Shown here in pieces: positions 34,263 to 42,652 of a DNA stretch of 64,000 bases (the first letter of the stretch is position 1; every line of letters starts with the position of its first letter). The translations under genes and the position numbers were made by a program. The stretch comes from Myxococcota bacterium (GTDB lineage: Bacteria; Myxococcota_A; UBA796; SXON01). The notes beneath the pieces were generated by a model that was given only the letters and a program-made list of their open reading frames with translations, was not told the origin of the DNA and did no database searches. The stretch covers positions 19,817 through 83,816 of the forward strand of contig JAZKFH010000055.1 of the NCBI GenBank assembly GCA_040386535.1, read 5' to 3'.

Positions 34263-36466
34263 CCGGGGTCCACCTGGAAACAGGTGCTGCCGGCGCGGTA
34301 GATCGCGCGCGGCGACGGGGCGTGGCCGGTACGGCCGTCGGGCACGTCCTTCCAGGAGCGGGTGCGCGGGTCGTAGACCTCGACGGGGACCGACGCCAGG
34401 AGGATCAGGCGATTGGGCCCGCGCGTCGCCCGCAGGCGGACCAGCGCGTTGCGCGTGCGGCCGTTCACGTCCCCGTCGGCGTGCAGGCCGAGCGCGGCGT
34501 CCCGGTAGAAGCCCGAGGACGCGCCGGGGCACTCGACCAACACGAGCGCGCTGGACTTCTTCAGGCCCTTCTCCGAGCCGGCGACCTTCACCGTCGCGGA
34601 CGGGGAGAAGCGCGCGGGCCGGAGGACGCCGAGCAGGAGGAGGCCGAGCAGGGACAGCACCGCGGACGGGCCGAGCCAGACGCCGTGACAGCGGTACCAG
34701 GGAAGACCGGTGACCTGCCACCGGAGCGCGACAGTCTTCTGTTCAGCGGCGAATTGGGGCGTGAGCGGCATCACGCGCAAGCCGGCGTCGGGCGGCGAGC
34801 GATCGGCCGCGCAGCGCGGCACGTCCAGGCAGAGGAGGAAGAACGGGTTCAACGGATCGAGCGCCGCCACCTGCCGGACGGTGCCGAGGTCCATCTTGTC
34901 ATTGTCGCCGTTCGCGTTTCGGTACCCGAAGACGGGCCGCGCCTCGCACGTGCCGCTGCCGACGGCCTCAAGCTCCCAACCGTGCTCCATTGCCGCCTGT
35001 GACCGGCTCATGTCGAGCGGCTTGCAGGTCTCGCTCCAGGGCGTCCCTGCGGCGACCGTGCCGAAGTCCAGCACGTCGTCCAGCACGAGCTTCAGCGGGA
35101 GGCGCACGCGTACCTCTACCGGCGGCATCACGACGGGTGTGCCGGCGGTGCCGCCTACCGACGCGGGCACGATCTCCAGGCGCCAGGAGTGGCTGCCGAC
35201 GCTCGTGTACACGCCGTCGAAGCGGTACCGGTCATCAGAATGCGTAGACGAACGGGCGAGCTCGGCGCCGTTGTCGTAGAGGATTACGGCGGTGGCGGGG
35301 TCGGCGAGGAGCGCGTCCACGCGCTGGCGGGCCGCGCCGCTCTCGGGGCGGACGAGGCTCACCACCCCGCCGCAGGGCAGGCCGACGTAGCAGACGCCGG
35401 GCAGGTCGGAGACGTCGAAGCCGATGCCGATGTCGCTGACCGTCGCCTGGGCAACGGCCTTGCCGGGGCAGACCACGCGCCCCCCCGCGTTGCCGCCCGC
35501 CCGGATGGTGAGGGCGCGAGGGGTGGGGGAGGGGGGCGGTGTCCACGTGGCCTGGAGGTTCGCGTCGGCGGGCAGGGTCACGTCTGGGGTGCCGGCAAGG
35601 CTCACCGTGAACGTGAGCGAGGGGGACCCGGCAGTGCTGGAGGGGACCGGCACCTGGTCGGCCTTGTCGAAGAGGGCGGCGCTCAACGAGGTAGGCTGCC
35701 CGCTCGCGAGGGCCGCGCCGGCGGCGGGGGCGAGGACGCGGGCGCGGAAGGCGCAGACGTCGACGGTGAAGGCCAGTGGCGCGGAGGTGGGCCCGCCCAT
35801 CGTCTCGTTCTTCGCGAGGGTGGGGGTGTCCGGGACGAACGTGACGGTGGGGGCCGCGGAGGCGGGGAGGACGATGTCGGCAACGACCCTGCCGTCGGGC
35901 CGGATGCGGGCGGGGACGATCCTCGCGGGGCCCACGCCGTCATCGACGACGAAGTGTCCGCCCGCGATGGGGTGCACGGCGCCCTGGTCGTCGCGCAGGC
36001 TCGCCTCGATGGTGACGGTGTCGTCTACGCTGTAGGGCCCCGGCGAGACGTGGTCGATCGTCGGGCGCAGCACGGTCGGGGCTGGAGGCGGCGCGACGCG
36101 ATCCTGCCCGTCCACAACGTGCTGGAAGATTGTGTCGGCCTTGGCGTGTTTTGCGCACAGCGGCGACTCTGGGTCGAGCGCCCGCCAGGTCGGGTTGCGG
36201 GAGAGGAACGACGACTGGCACGTGCTGTCCTGCTCGTCCCAGCAGCTCCAGCATCGTGTGCCGTCCGTCACGAAGTTGTGATGGTGCCATGCCCCGTGCA
36301 CGTTGCTCTGGGCGGGCTGGCCGCAGGCATCGGCGTTGTTCGGCGGTGTTCCGTCGTAACCACCGACACAGTAGGTCACGCCGAGCTGGAAGAGGGCGTC
36401 CAATGGCCCGGCGTGCGCGGGCGGCGCCGTGGCAAGCAGCCCGATGAGGAGCGGGGTGGCGGACAT
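34259..36466 (-). CDS. Exported Cys-rich / beta-rich (Ig-like?) protein with a C-terminal TM helix and the same cytoplasmic tail module
   Basis: Signal peptide 'MSATPLLIGLLATAPPAHAG'. Cys-rich N-terminal segment ('YCVGGY..DACGQ..RCWSCWDEQDSTCQ'). TM 'LGPSAVLSLLGLLLLGVL'. Tail 'RPARFSPSATVKVAGSEKGLKKSSALVLVECPGASSGFYRDAALGLHADGDV'. ATG-36466 overlaps the PP2C stop by 1 nt. Confidence 0.75.
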   Translation of the reverse strand: MSATPLLIGLLATAPPAHAGPLDALFQLGVTYCVGGYDGTPPNNADACGQPAQSNVHGAWHHHNFVTDGTRCWSCWDEQDSTCQSSFLSRNPTWRALDPESPLCAKHAKADTIFQHVVDGQDRVAPPPAPTVLRPTIDHVSPGPYSVDDTVTIEASLRDDQGAVHPIAGGHFVVDDGVGPARIVPARIRPDGRVVADIVLPASAAPTVTFVPDTPTLAKNETMGGPTSAPLAFTVDVCAFRARVLAPAAGAALASGQPTSLSAALFDKADQVPVPSSTAGSPSLTFTVSLAGTPDVTLPADANLQATWTPPPSPTPRALTIRAGGNAGGRVVCPGKAVAQATVSDIGIGFDVSDLPGVCYVGLPCGGVVSLVRPESGAARQRVDALLADPATAVILYDNGAELARSSTHSDDRYRFDGVYTSVGSHSWRLEIVPASVGGTAGTPVVMPPVEVRVRLPLKLVLDDVLDFGTVAAGTPWSETCKPLDMSRSQAAMEHGWELEAVGSGTCEARPVFGYRNANGDNDKMDLGTVRQVAALDPLNPFFLLCLDVPRCAADRSPPDAGLRVMPLTPQFAAEQKTVALRWQVTGLPWYRCHGVWLGPSAVLSLLGLLLLGVLRPARFSPSATVKVAGSEKGLKKSSALVLVECPGASSGFYRDAALGLHADGDVNGRTRNALVRLRATRGPNRLILLASVPVEVYDPRTRSWKDVPDGRTGHAPSPRAIYRAGSTCFQVDPG

Positions 36467-37803
36467 CAGGGCGTGGGCGAAGGAGTGGGGGCCGGAGCGG
36501 CGTCGGGGGCCGGAGCGGTGGGTTCCTTCTCCGGTGCTTCTTCAGCCGGAGCTGGGGTTCCAAGTGAGGGCTTCGGCGGCTCCTTCGCCTCCGCTCCCGC
36601 GGCTTCGGCGCCGGTGGTCTCGGCGCGCGCGGGGACCTCGGCGGCTCCGAAGTGAGTGAGTCCGAGCGCCATGGTGACGACCAGCATCGTGACCATTCCC
36701 GCGCCAAACGCCGCGCCGAGCAACACCGCCAGCATCGGGAGGTCCATGACCCGTCGCTCCACGGCCGCGCGCGCGGGCTTGGAGCCGCGTCGTGGGGCCG
36801 CCTCGGAGACGGTGGGCTCGTCCGCTGGCCGGCCGTACATCGGCGAGACCTCAGCGCGTGGAGCGGGGCGAGGCGCCACCCCGTCGGGCAGCGTGCCCTC
36901 GGAGACGTACGGGTCCTGGGGAACGTGCGGTGGTTCGCTCCGGGATGGGACGGGAGCCGCTGGCTCCGGGACCGGCGCGATCGGCCGCATCGGCGGCTCG
37001 GTGAGGCGGGTCCCGGGCAGGAACGGGGAGGCGGGCTCGGTTCGGCGCGCGGGGATCTGGTCCGCCTCGTAGAGCGCCACGATCACCGTGATGTTGTCGT
37101 GGCCACCGCGGGCGTTCGCGGCGTCGACCAGGCGCTGCGCCGCGGTGGCCGGATCGGTGCCGGCCATGAGAGCCGCGATCTCCTCGTCACTGAGGAGATC
37201 GTAGAGGCCGTCGCTGCACAGGAGGAGCACGTCGCGCGGCTGGAGCTCCAGCGGCTCGTTCCACGAGGTCGGCTTGAACGTGTCGCGCACGCCAGCCCCG
37301 CCGCCGAGCGCTTGCGTCAAGATGTGGGCGTCGGGATGCGATTTTGCCTCCGGCGCGGAGAGGATGCCGCGGCGCACCATCTCGGCCACCCGCGTGTGGT
37401 CCTCCGAACCGGACACGCGCACACCGTCGCGCAGCTGGTACAGCCGGCTGTCACCCACCCAGCCGATCCAGCAGCGGTCCCCGGTCACCCGCGCGACGAC
37501 AGCCGTGGTCCCCATGTCCGGCATGCCGCGCCGCTCGGCCTCCGCCACCACCGCGGCGTTCGCGCCCACGAGCGCATTGAAGATGACGACGGTCGGGTTC
37601 GCCGTCCGGTCCGCGCGGAGCGACGCCAGGATGAACTCCGAGGCCACTTCGCTCGCCACCTCTCCGCCCTCGTGGCCGCCCATGCCGTCGCACACGAGCA
37701 GGATCCAGTCGTCGTCGCGCCCCTCGACACGGAAGTTGTCCTCGTTGAGCGAGCGCTCCATCCCGACGTGCGAGAGCGCGGCGACCTGCAGTGGCGGCCT
37801 CAT
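36466..37803 (-). CDS. PP2C-family Ser/Thr phosphatase with a Pro-rich linker and a C-terminal TM anchor
   Basis: PP2C motifs: 'SLNEDNFRV', 'LLVCDGMGGHEGGEVAS', 'GTTAVV', 'VGDSRLY', 'LLLCSDGLYD', 'GGHDNITVIV'. TM 'MLAVLLGAAFGAGMVTMLVVTMALGL'. ATG-37803 overlaps the upstream stop (ATGA). Confidence 0.9.
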   Translation of the reverse strand: MRPPLQVAALSHVGMERSLNEDNFRVEGRDDDWILLVCDGMGGHEGGEVASEVASEFILASLRADRTANPTVVIFNALVGANAAVVAEAERRGMPDMGTTAVVARVTGDRCWIGWVGDSRLYQLRDGVRVSGSEDHTRVAEMVRRGILSAPEAKSHPDAHILTQALGGGAGVRDTFKPTSWNEPLELQPRDVLLLCSDGLYDLLSDEEIAALMAGTDPATAAQRLVDAANARGGHDNITVIVALYEADQIPARRTEPASPFLPGTRLTEPPMRPIAPVPEPAAPVPSRSEPPHVPQDPYVSEGTLPDGVAPRPAPRAEVSPMYGRPADEPTVSEAAPRRGSKPARAAVERRVMDLPMLAVLLGAAFGAGMVTMLVVTMALGLTHFGAAEVPARAETTGAEAAGAEAKEPPKPSLGTPAPAEEAPEKEPTAPAPDAAPAPTPSPTP

Positions 37804-39629
37804 TGTTCCTCCCCGGGCGGCTTCACGGGCGCGAAGACTGTCTGTGAGCGCTTCCTCGGGGGCGCCGCTTCCGACCCGCCAAGGTTCACGACGGAGCCCG
37901 CCGCGGTCTGGGGGAGCTGGGCGGGCGCCGGGTTCGCCTCGACCGGCGGGGCCAGCCCAGGCTGGTCGATCCGCAGCTCGAGCTGCCGGGAGAGGCCGAG
38001 CACATCTCCGTGTTTGAGGGCGACGCGCTCGTTCTTCTGGAGCAACCGGCCGTTCACGTACGTGCCGTTGGTCGACTCGAGGTCGGTCACGAAGACAGTA
38101 CCGAGCTTGTAGAGCTCCAGCTTCGCGTGGCGCCCGCTGACCTGGGCGACGTCGAACACGAGGTCGACGTCGCCTTCCGCCCGCGCGCCGAGGGTCAGGC
38201 TCTGCTTGTGCATCCGGTACATGGGACGGAGCCCGGACCCGGAAGGCGCCGTCACCAGGAGCAACCGGGTCTCGGGGAGGCCAGCGATGGCGAAGTCGTC
38301 GTGCGTCGGGAGCGGCGCGGCCGGAGCCACGTAGTCATGCGCGGGCTCGACGGACGGCGCGGCCCTGGGAGGGCTGGGAGGCGGAACCGGAGCGGGAGGT
38401 ACAACGGACGACCCGGCGGACCTGGGTGGAGGACCGGCGGCCGGTCCACGCTTCCGGCCGAGCAGGAAGGCGAGGAGGCCGAGGCCGAGGGCGGTCGCTA
38501 CGAGCGCGCTCGCGCCGAGGATCCACCAGCCCCAAGGGGGCGACGCGGCCGGCCCAGGGGTGGTCACGGGCACCACCGGGTCAGCCGCAGGTGGCGTGAC
38601 CGTGGCCGTTGCGGCGTCGTCGGGGCAGGCCGCCGCTGCGGGGCCGAGGCCGTCCTGATCGAACGGCACCCGGTCCGACCACGCCCGACGCTGACCGCCC
38701 TCCACGATCTCGACGGAGAGCGCATCGGAGGGGGTGGCGCCTGACGCCGCGGGCACGCCGCAGAACGAGAGGTCGAGCCAGACCGTGCGGCGGGCGCTCT
38801 CCGCGATCGAGACGAGCTGGGCCGGGGCGGCGGCGTCCCCGCCGGTGACGCTGATGCCGCCGGTCTCATCCGCGAGGCGCCGCATCTCGTCGAGGCGCTG
38901 CGCGAGGTTCTTGCCGCGGGTGGGGGGGAACACGACCACGTGCACCTCGACGCCCCGCGAACGCGCGGAGGTGACGAGGTCCTCGATGCTGTAGGCGGTC
39001 GACTCCTCGCCCGCGTCGGTGAAGACGACGACTTGCCGGAGCCCACCCGCCGCTACCGGCTGCCCGGCGGCGGCGTGCTCCACGCACTCCTCGACCAGCG
39101 ACTTCAGCCGGGTGACGGCTTCCTTCCCGGGGGTCACGGCGTCGAGGAGGCCGCCGATGCCGGGTCCGTCCGTTGCCTTGCCAACGACATTCAGCGTGGT
39201 TCCGAAGGTCACCACTTCGGTCGTGTGCCGCCCATTCGGCGGAACCGCGTTGGCGTACCGGCGCGCGAGGGCCACGGCGTCCAGCGTGTTCGGCGCGAAC
39301 GAACCCGAAGCGTCGAACGCCAGGATCGTGTAGACAGGCTCCTGTTCGGCGCGCGTGACCTTGTGCACCGTCGCGCGGCCACGTCCCGGTCCGAGCACGA
39401 CGCCGAACGAGGATGGCTCGAGCTGCGGCGTCGTGATGCGGGCGAGCAGCGCGGGGTCACGAATGTCGACCGACACGCGGGCCGCGCCGTGGCGGGCGGG
39501 CGTGAGGGTGGTGACCGCCACACCCTGCCCGGACGCCCACGCGGGGCCCGTGAGCATGAGGAGCACAAGCATACTTGAGACGATGGGGCGCCCGGCACGC
39601 GAGGCGTAGTCGTGCTCGGAGGGAGACAC
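37800..39629 (-). CDS. Exported vWA domain, TM helix and cytoplasmic FHA domain protein
   Basis: Signal/anchor 'IVSSMLVLLMLTGPAWASG'. MIDAS 'YTILAFDASGSF'. TM 'WWILGASALVATALGLGLLAFLLG'. FHA 'LTLGARAEGDVDLVFDVAQVSGRHAKLELYKLGTVFVTDLESTNGTYVNG'. Confidence 0.9.
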   Translation of the reverse strand: MSPSEHDYASRAGRPIVSSMLVLLMLTGPAWASGQGVAVTTLTPARHGAARVSVDIRDPALLARITTPQLEPSSFGVVLGPGRGRATVHKVTRAEQEPVYTILAFDASGSFAPNTLDAVALARRYANAVPPNGRHTTEVVTFGTTLNVVGKATDGPGIGGLLDAVTPGKEAVTRLKSLVEECVEHAAAGQPVAAGGLRQVVVFTDAGEESTAYSIEDLVTSARSRGVEVHVVVFPPTRGKNLAQRLDEMRRLADETGGISVTGGDAAAPAQLVSIAESARRTVWLDLSFCGVPAASGATPSDALSVEIVEGGQRRAWSDRVPFDQDGLGPAAAACPDDAATATVTPPAADPVVPVTTPGPAASPPWGWWILGASALVATALGLGLLAFLLGRKRGPAAGPPPRSAGSSVVPPAPVPPPSPPRAAPSVEPAHDYVAPAAPLPTHDDFAIAGLPETRLLLVTAPSGSGLRPMYRMHKQSLTLGARAEGDVDLVFDVAQVSGRHAKLELYKLGTVFVTDLESTNGTYVNGRLLQKNERVALKHGDVLGLSRQLELRIDQPGLAPPVEANPAPAQLPQTAAGSVVNLGGSEAAPPRKRSQTVFAPVKPPGEEQ

Positions 39630-39630
39630 G

Positions 39631-40464
39631 CTACGTCCCGTTCGGGATCAGCAGAAGCACGAGCCGCGAGCCCCCGAGCTGCAGGACCGAGCCATGGCGC
39701 ACGTCCACCTGCTCCCCGTGGATGGCCTGCCCATCCAGCACGCTGCCGTTGGTCGAGTGGTCGATGAACGTCGCGCGGTCCGGCTTGATGAAGAGGAAGC
39801 CGTGGTCGCCGCTGACGCGCCCGTCGTCCACCGACACGTCGCACTCGGGCCCGCGCCCGATCTTGTTGCGGCCAGCGCGGAGGGGGTGGACGCGACCGGG
39901 GTCCGATGGGCCGCGGTGCTCGATGAGCACGCCGCGGATCTGGGGGCTGGCGGCGGCGGGACCCGTCGACTCGATGATCGTGCCGTGCTTGCGAGGCGGA
40001 GCCGGGGGAGGCGACGCGTGAGGTGCCGCGTTTGGAGGCGCCGGGCGGGGGCGGACGGCCTGGCCGAATGGGTCGTCGCCGTTGTTGATCGGCGGGCGCG
40101 GCGGGAGGGGAGCTGCGAAAAAGTCAGGCTCACTCGGGGACGGCAGGCCCGGCGGCGGCGCGTACTCGGTGTGGCGCTTCTGCCCGCTCGACAGCGGGGG
40201 CGCGGCCGTCGGGTTCGAGGAAGGCGCGGCCGCCTGGTTCACGGGCGGCGGCGGCGGGAGCGCCGCAGTGGGCGGCGGGCGCGCCGGGCCGGGCTCGTAC
40301 TGGGTGTGACGCTTCTGGGAGGGCGCTTGCCCGCCGGCGGGGACGGCAGATCCCTCGAACTGTGTGGCGCGCTTCGTCGCAGAGGAGAGCGGGTACCCGC
40401 ACATCTCGCAGACCACGCGGTCGGGGGCGTTGTCATTCATACAATTCGAGCAGCGCACACGCAC
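39631..40464 (-). CDS. Zinc-ribbon, Pro-rich linker and FHA domain protein (first gene of the operon)
   Basis: Zn ribbon 'CSNCMNDNAPDRVVCEMCG'. Pro-rich linker with four basic-x-Thr motifs. FHA 'NKIGRGPECDVSVDDGRVSGDHGFLFIKPDRATFIDHSTNGSVLDG'. Confidence 0.9.
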   Translation of the reverse strand: MRVRCSNCMNDNAPDRVVCEMCGYPLSSATKRATQFEGSAVPAGGQAPSQKRHTQYEPGPARPPPTAALPPPPPVNQAAAPSSNPTAAPPLSSGQKRHTEYAPPPGLPSPSEPDFFAAPLPPRPPINNGDDPFGQAVRPRPAPPNAAPHASPPPAPPRKHGTIIESTGPAAASPQIRGVLIEHRGPSDPGRVHPLRAGRNKIGRGPECDVSVDDGRVSGDHGFLFIKPDRATFIDHSTNGSVLDGQAIHGEQVDVRHGSVLQLGGSRLVLLLIPNGT

Positions 40465-40526
40465 TCCATCGGGCCGGCGGCGGAAGACTACACCATCCCG
40501 GACGTGCCGCGCGGTAGAGTCCCTGC
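40465..40526. promoter_or_regulatory. 62-bp divergent intergenic region that must hold the promoters of the minus-strand FHA/tubulin-like operon and the plus-strand pseudokinase operon
   Basis: Inferred only from the divergent gene arrangement (starts at 40464 and 40527). I did not recognise -35/-10 or operator motifs. Confidence 0.3.
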
Positions 40527-42602
40527 GTGCCGCCGCTTACCCCAGAGCTCGACGATCGTTATGAGTCCATCGACGTACTCGAGGTCGCCGGCGCGACGAC
40601 GCTCTACCGCGCCCGTCACCGCGTCCTGGGCGCCGACCACGTGCTCCGGGTGCTCCACGCAGCCGTCGGGGAGCGCGACGCCGACCGTGCGCGGTTCCGG
40701 GAGCGTGCCCAAGCCCAGGCGTCCGTGCGCCACCCCGCCGTCGTGCGCGTGCACAATGTGTTCGACAGCCCCGAGATGCTCGCGCTCGCCGTCGACTACA
40801 TCTCCAGCGAGGACGCCCGTACCCGCGTCGCCCGCGACGGTCCGCTCGCGCCAGTGCACGCCGCCGCCGTGGTCGCCGAGCTGGCCGATGCCCTGGAGGT
40901 GGCGCACGCGGCCGGGGTGGTGCACCACGAGCTCCATCCCGGGCTCGTGCTGTTCCCTACCGACGGCAGTCCGGCGCGCCTTGCGCACTTCAGCGCGCGC
41001 TACGTCACGACGCACGACGGGCCGGCGATCCCGTTCGCGAGCCCCGAGGAGCTCCTACGACCGGGCGATGGCGACGCGCGGGCGGACGTCTTCGCGCTGG
41101 GAGCCCTCCTCCACTTTCTGCTGACCGGCGCGCCTCCGTTCCCGATGGAGGCGCGCGAGGCTGCCTTGCAACGCCGGCTCGACGGCGCGGCGCCGGCGGC
41201 TTGGGGGGGAGATGCCGCCCTCGCGGCAATCCTGCGCGCGGCGATGGGGGAGCGTGTCATCCATCGCACCCCCACGGCGGCGGGCCTCGCCGCGGCGTTG
41301 CAGCGGTTCGTCGAGCGGACGGGGGGAGGAGCGACGCGCGCCGACACGCTGGTGCCGGCGCCAATTGGGGCCTCGCTTGGGAACGGTGAGGAGGCGGGGC
41401 CGGCCGCCGCGGGGGGCTCGACACCTGCTGTCGCCTCTGGTCTCTCCGCGGTCCCGACTGCCGCGCCCACTGTGGCTCCCGTCGAAGCGACCGCCGCTAC
41501 CACCGTCACGGTTCCCCGGCGCCCGACGCGCGCGACAGGACGCGGTCTGCCGCTGCTGCTCCTCGGCGGGCTCATCGGCTTCGGGTTCCTGGCATCGGTC
41601 GCCGCGGTCGTCGGCTGGCAGTCCTGGCAGGCGGGCGAGTCCCGTCGGGTCGCGGCCGAGGGGATGGCGGCTCTACAGCACTACAAGACCGACCCTGCCG
41701 CGAACGCGGACCCCGACGTCGTGGACCGTGCCGCTCGCACCGCCGCCCGCGCCGTGGAGCACGCCGATACGCCTGAGGCGCTCGCAGCGAACGGCCTCGC
41801 GCGCGTCTGGGACGAGGGTTGGCACCACGCCAACGCGACCTGGGACGAGCAGAAATTCCTCGCGACGAGCGAGGTCGTCCGCGCCGCCGCCGCGACGGGC
41901 CGCGCGGAGGGTGTCTTCGCGCACGGCCTCCTTTCCGCGAACGCCTGCAAGATCCTCCCAATCGCCGACGTCCGGCGCCCCGCGCTCTGCGCCGCCGCCG
42001 AGCGCGACTACGCACAGGCCCGCACCCTCCTGGAGGCCGACCCCCGCGGCTGGCTCCGGTTCGAGCTCTGGTGGTCGCTCGCCGCGATGCACGGCCAGCG
42101 CGCGCTCGAGGCCGTCGTACGGGACGACGCCGCCGCGGCCCATGCCGCCCGGGTCGACGGCCTCGCGGTCTGCGAGCGCGCCCGCTCGGACCTCTTCGAG
42201 GCCCCGGTCAACGACTCGGAGCTGGGGCAGGAGTGTGTCCCCCTCGCGGGGGGCGCCGGCGACATCGACGCCTACCTCTGGTGGTCGGGCTGGCTCCAGG
42301 ACGACGACCGCGCCGCCGACGGCAAGCTGTCCACCTTCAACGTGGAGCGCATTTACCGGGGTGCGCTCCCCGCCTGCGGCAAGCTCGTCGTCTCCAAGAG
42401 GAATCGCCGCCGCAAGAGCCTCCCGGAGACCGACAACACCGGCTCCAGCCAATTCTGCTACGCGGCGGGGCTCCTGGCGTTGGGCTGCGACGGGTCGGCC
42501 GCGCTCGTGGTCGCTTCGAATACGGCGATGTACCCTGAGCAGCCTTGGTTCAGGATCGGGGGGAAGGTGTCGGGGCGGGCGTGCTATCTGGACGAAATGT
42601 AG
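40527..42602 (+). CDS. Hanks-type pseudokinase with a TM helix and a large helical extracytoplasmic domain
   Basis: The kinase fold is recognisable but the catalytic motifs are degenerate. The G-loop is 'LEVAGATTLYRA', the VAIK Lys is replaced in 'HVLRVLH', the HRDLKPxN box is 'VVHHELHPGLVLF', and DFG is 'LAHFSAR'. TM 'LLLLGGLIGFGFLASVAAVVGW'. Confidence 0.8.
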   Translation: MPPLTPELDDRYESIDVLEVAGATTLYRARHRVLGADHVLRVLHAAVGERDADRARFRERAQAQASVRHPAVVRVHNVFDSPEMLALAVDYISSEDARTRVARDGPLAPVHAAAVVAELADALEVAHAAGVVHHELHPGLVLFPTDGSPARLAHFSARYVTTHDGPAIPFASPEELLRPGDGDARADVFALGALLHFLLTGAPPFPMEAREAALQRRLDGAAPAAWGGDAALAAILRAAMGERVIHRTPTAAGLAAALQRFVERTGGGATRADTLVPAPIGASLGNGEEAGPAAAGGSTPAVASGLSAVPTAAPTVAPVEATAATTVTVPRRPTRATGRGLPLLLLGGLIGFGFLASVAAVVGWQSWQAGESRRVAAEGMAALQHYKTDPAANADPDVVDRAARTAARAVEHADTPEALAANGLARVWDEGWHHANATWDEQKFLATSEVVRAAAATGRAEGVFAHGLLSANACKILPIADVRRPALCAAAERDYAQARTLLEADPRGWLRFELWWSLAAMHGQRALEAVVRDDAAAAHAARVDGLAVCERARSDLFEAPVNDSELGQECVPLAGGAGDIDAYLWWSGWLQDDDRAADGKLSTFNVERIYRGALPACGKLVVSKRNRRRKSLPETDNTGSSQFCYAAGLLALGCDGSAALVVASNTAMYPEQPWFRIGGKVSGRACYLDEM

Positions 42603-42652
42603 GGAGGTGGTGGGTCCCGTGATACGCGCGGCCAGTCCTTGGGGCCCCGTCG

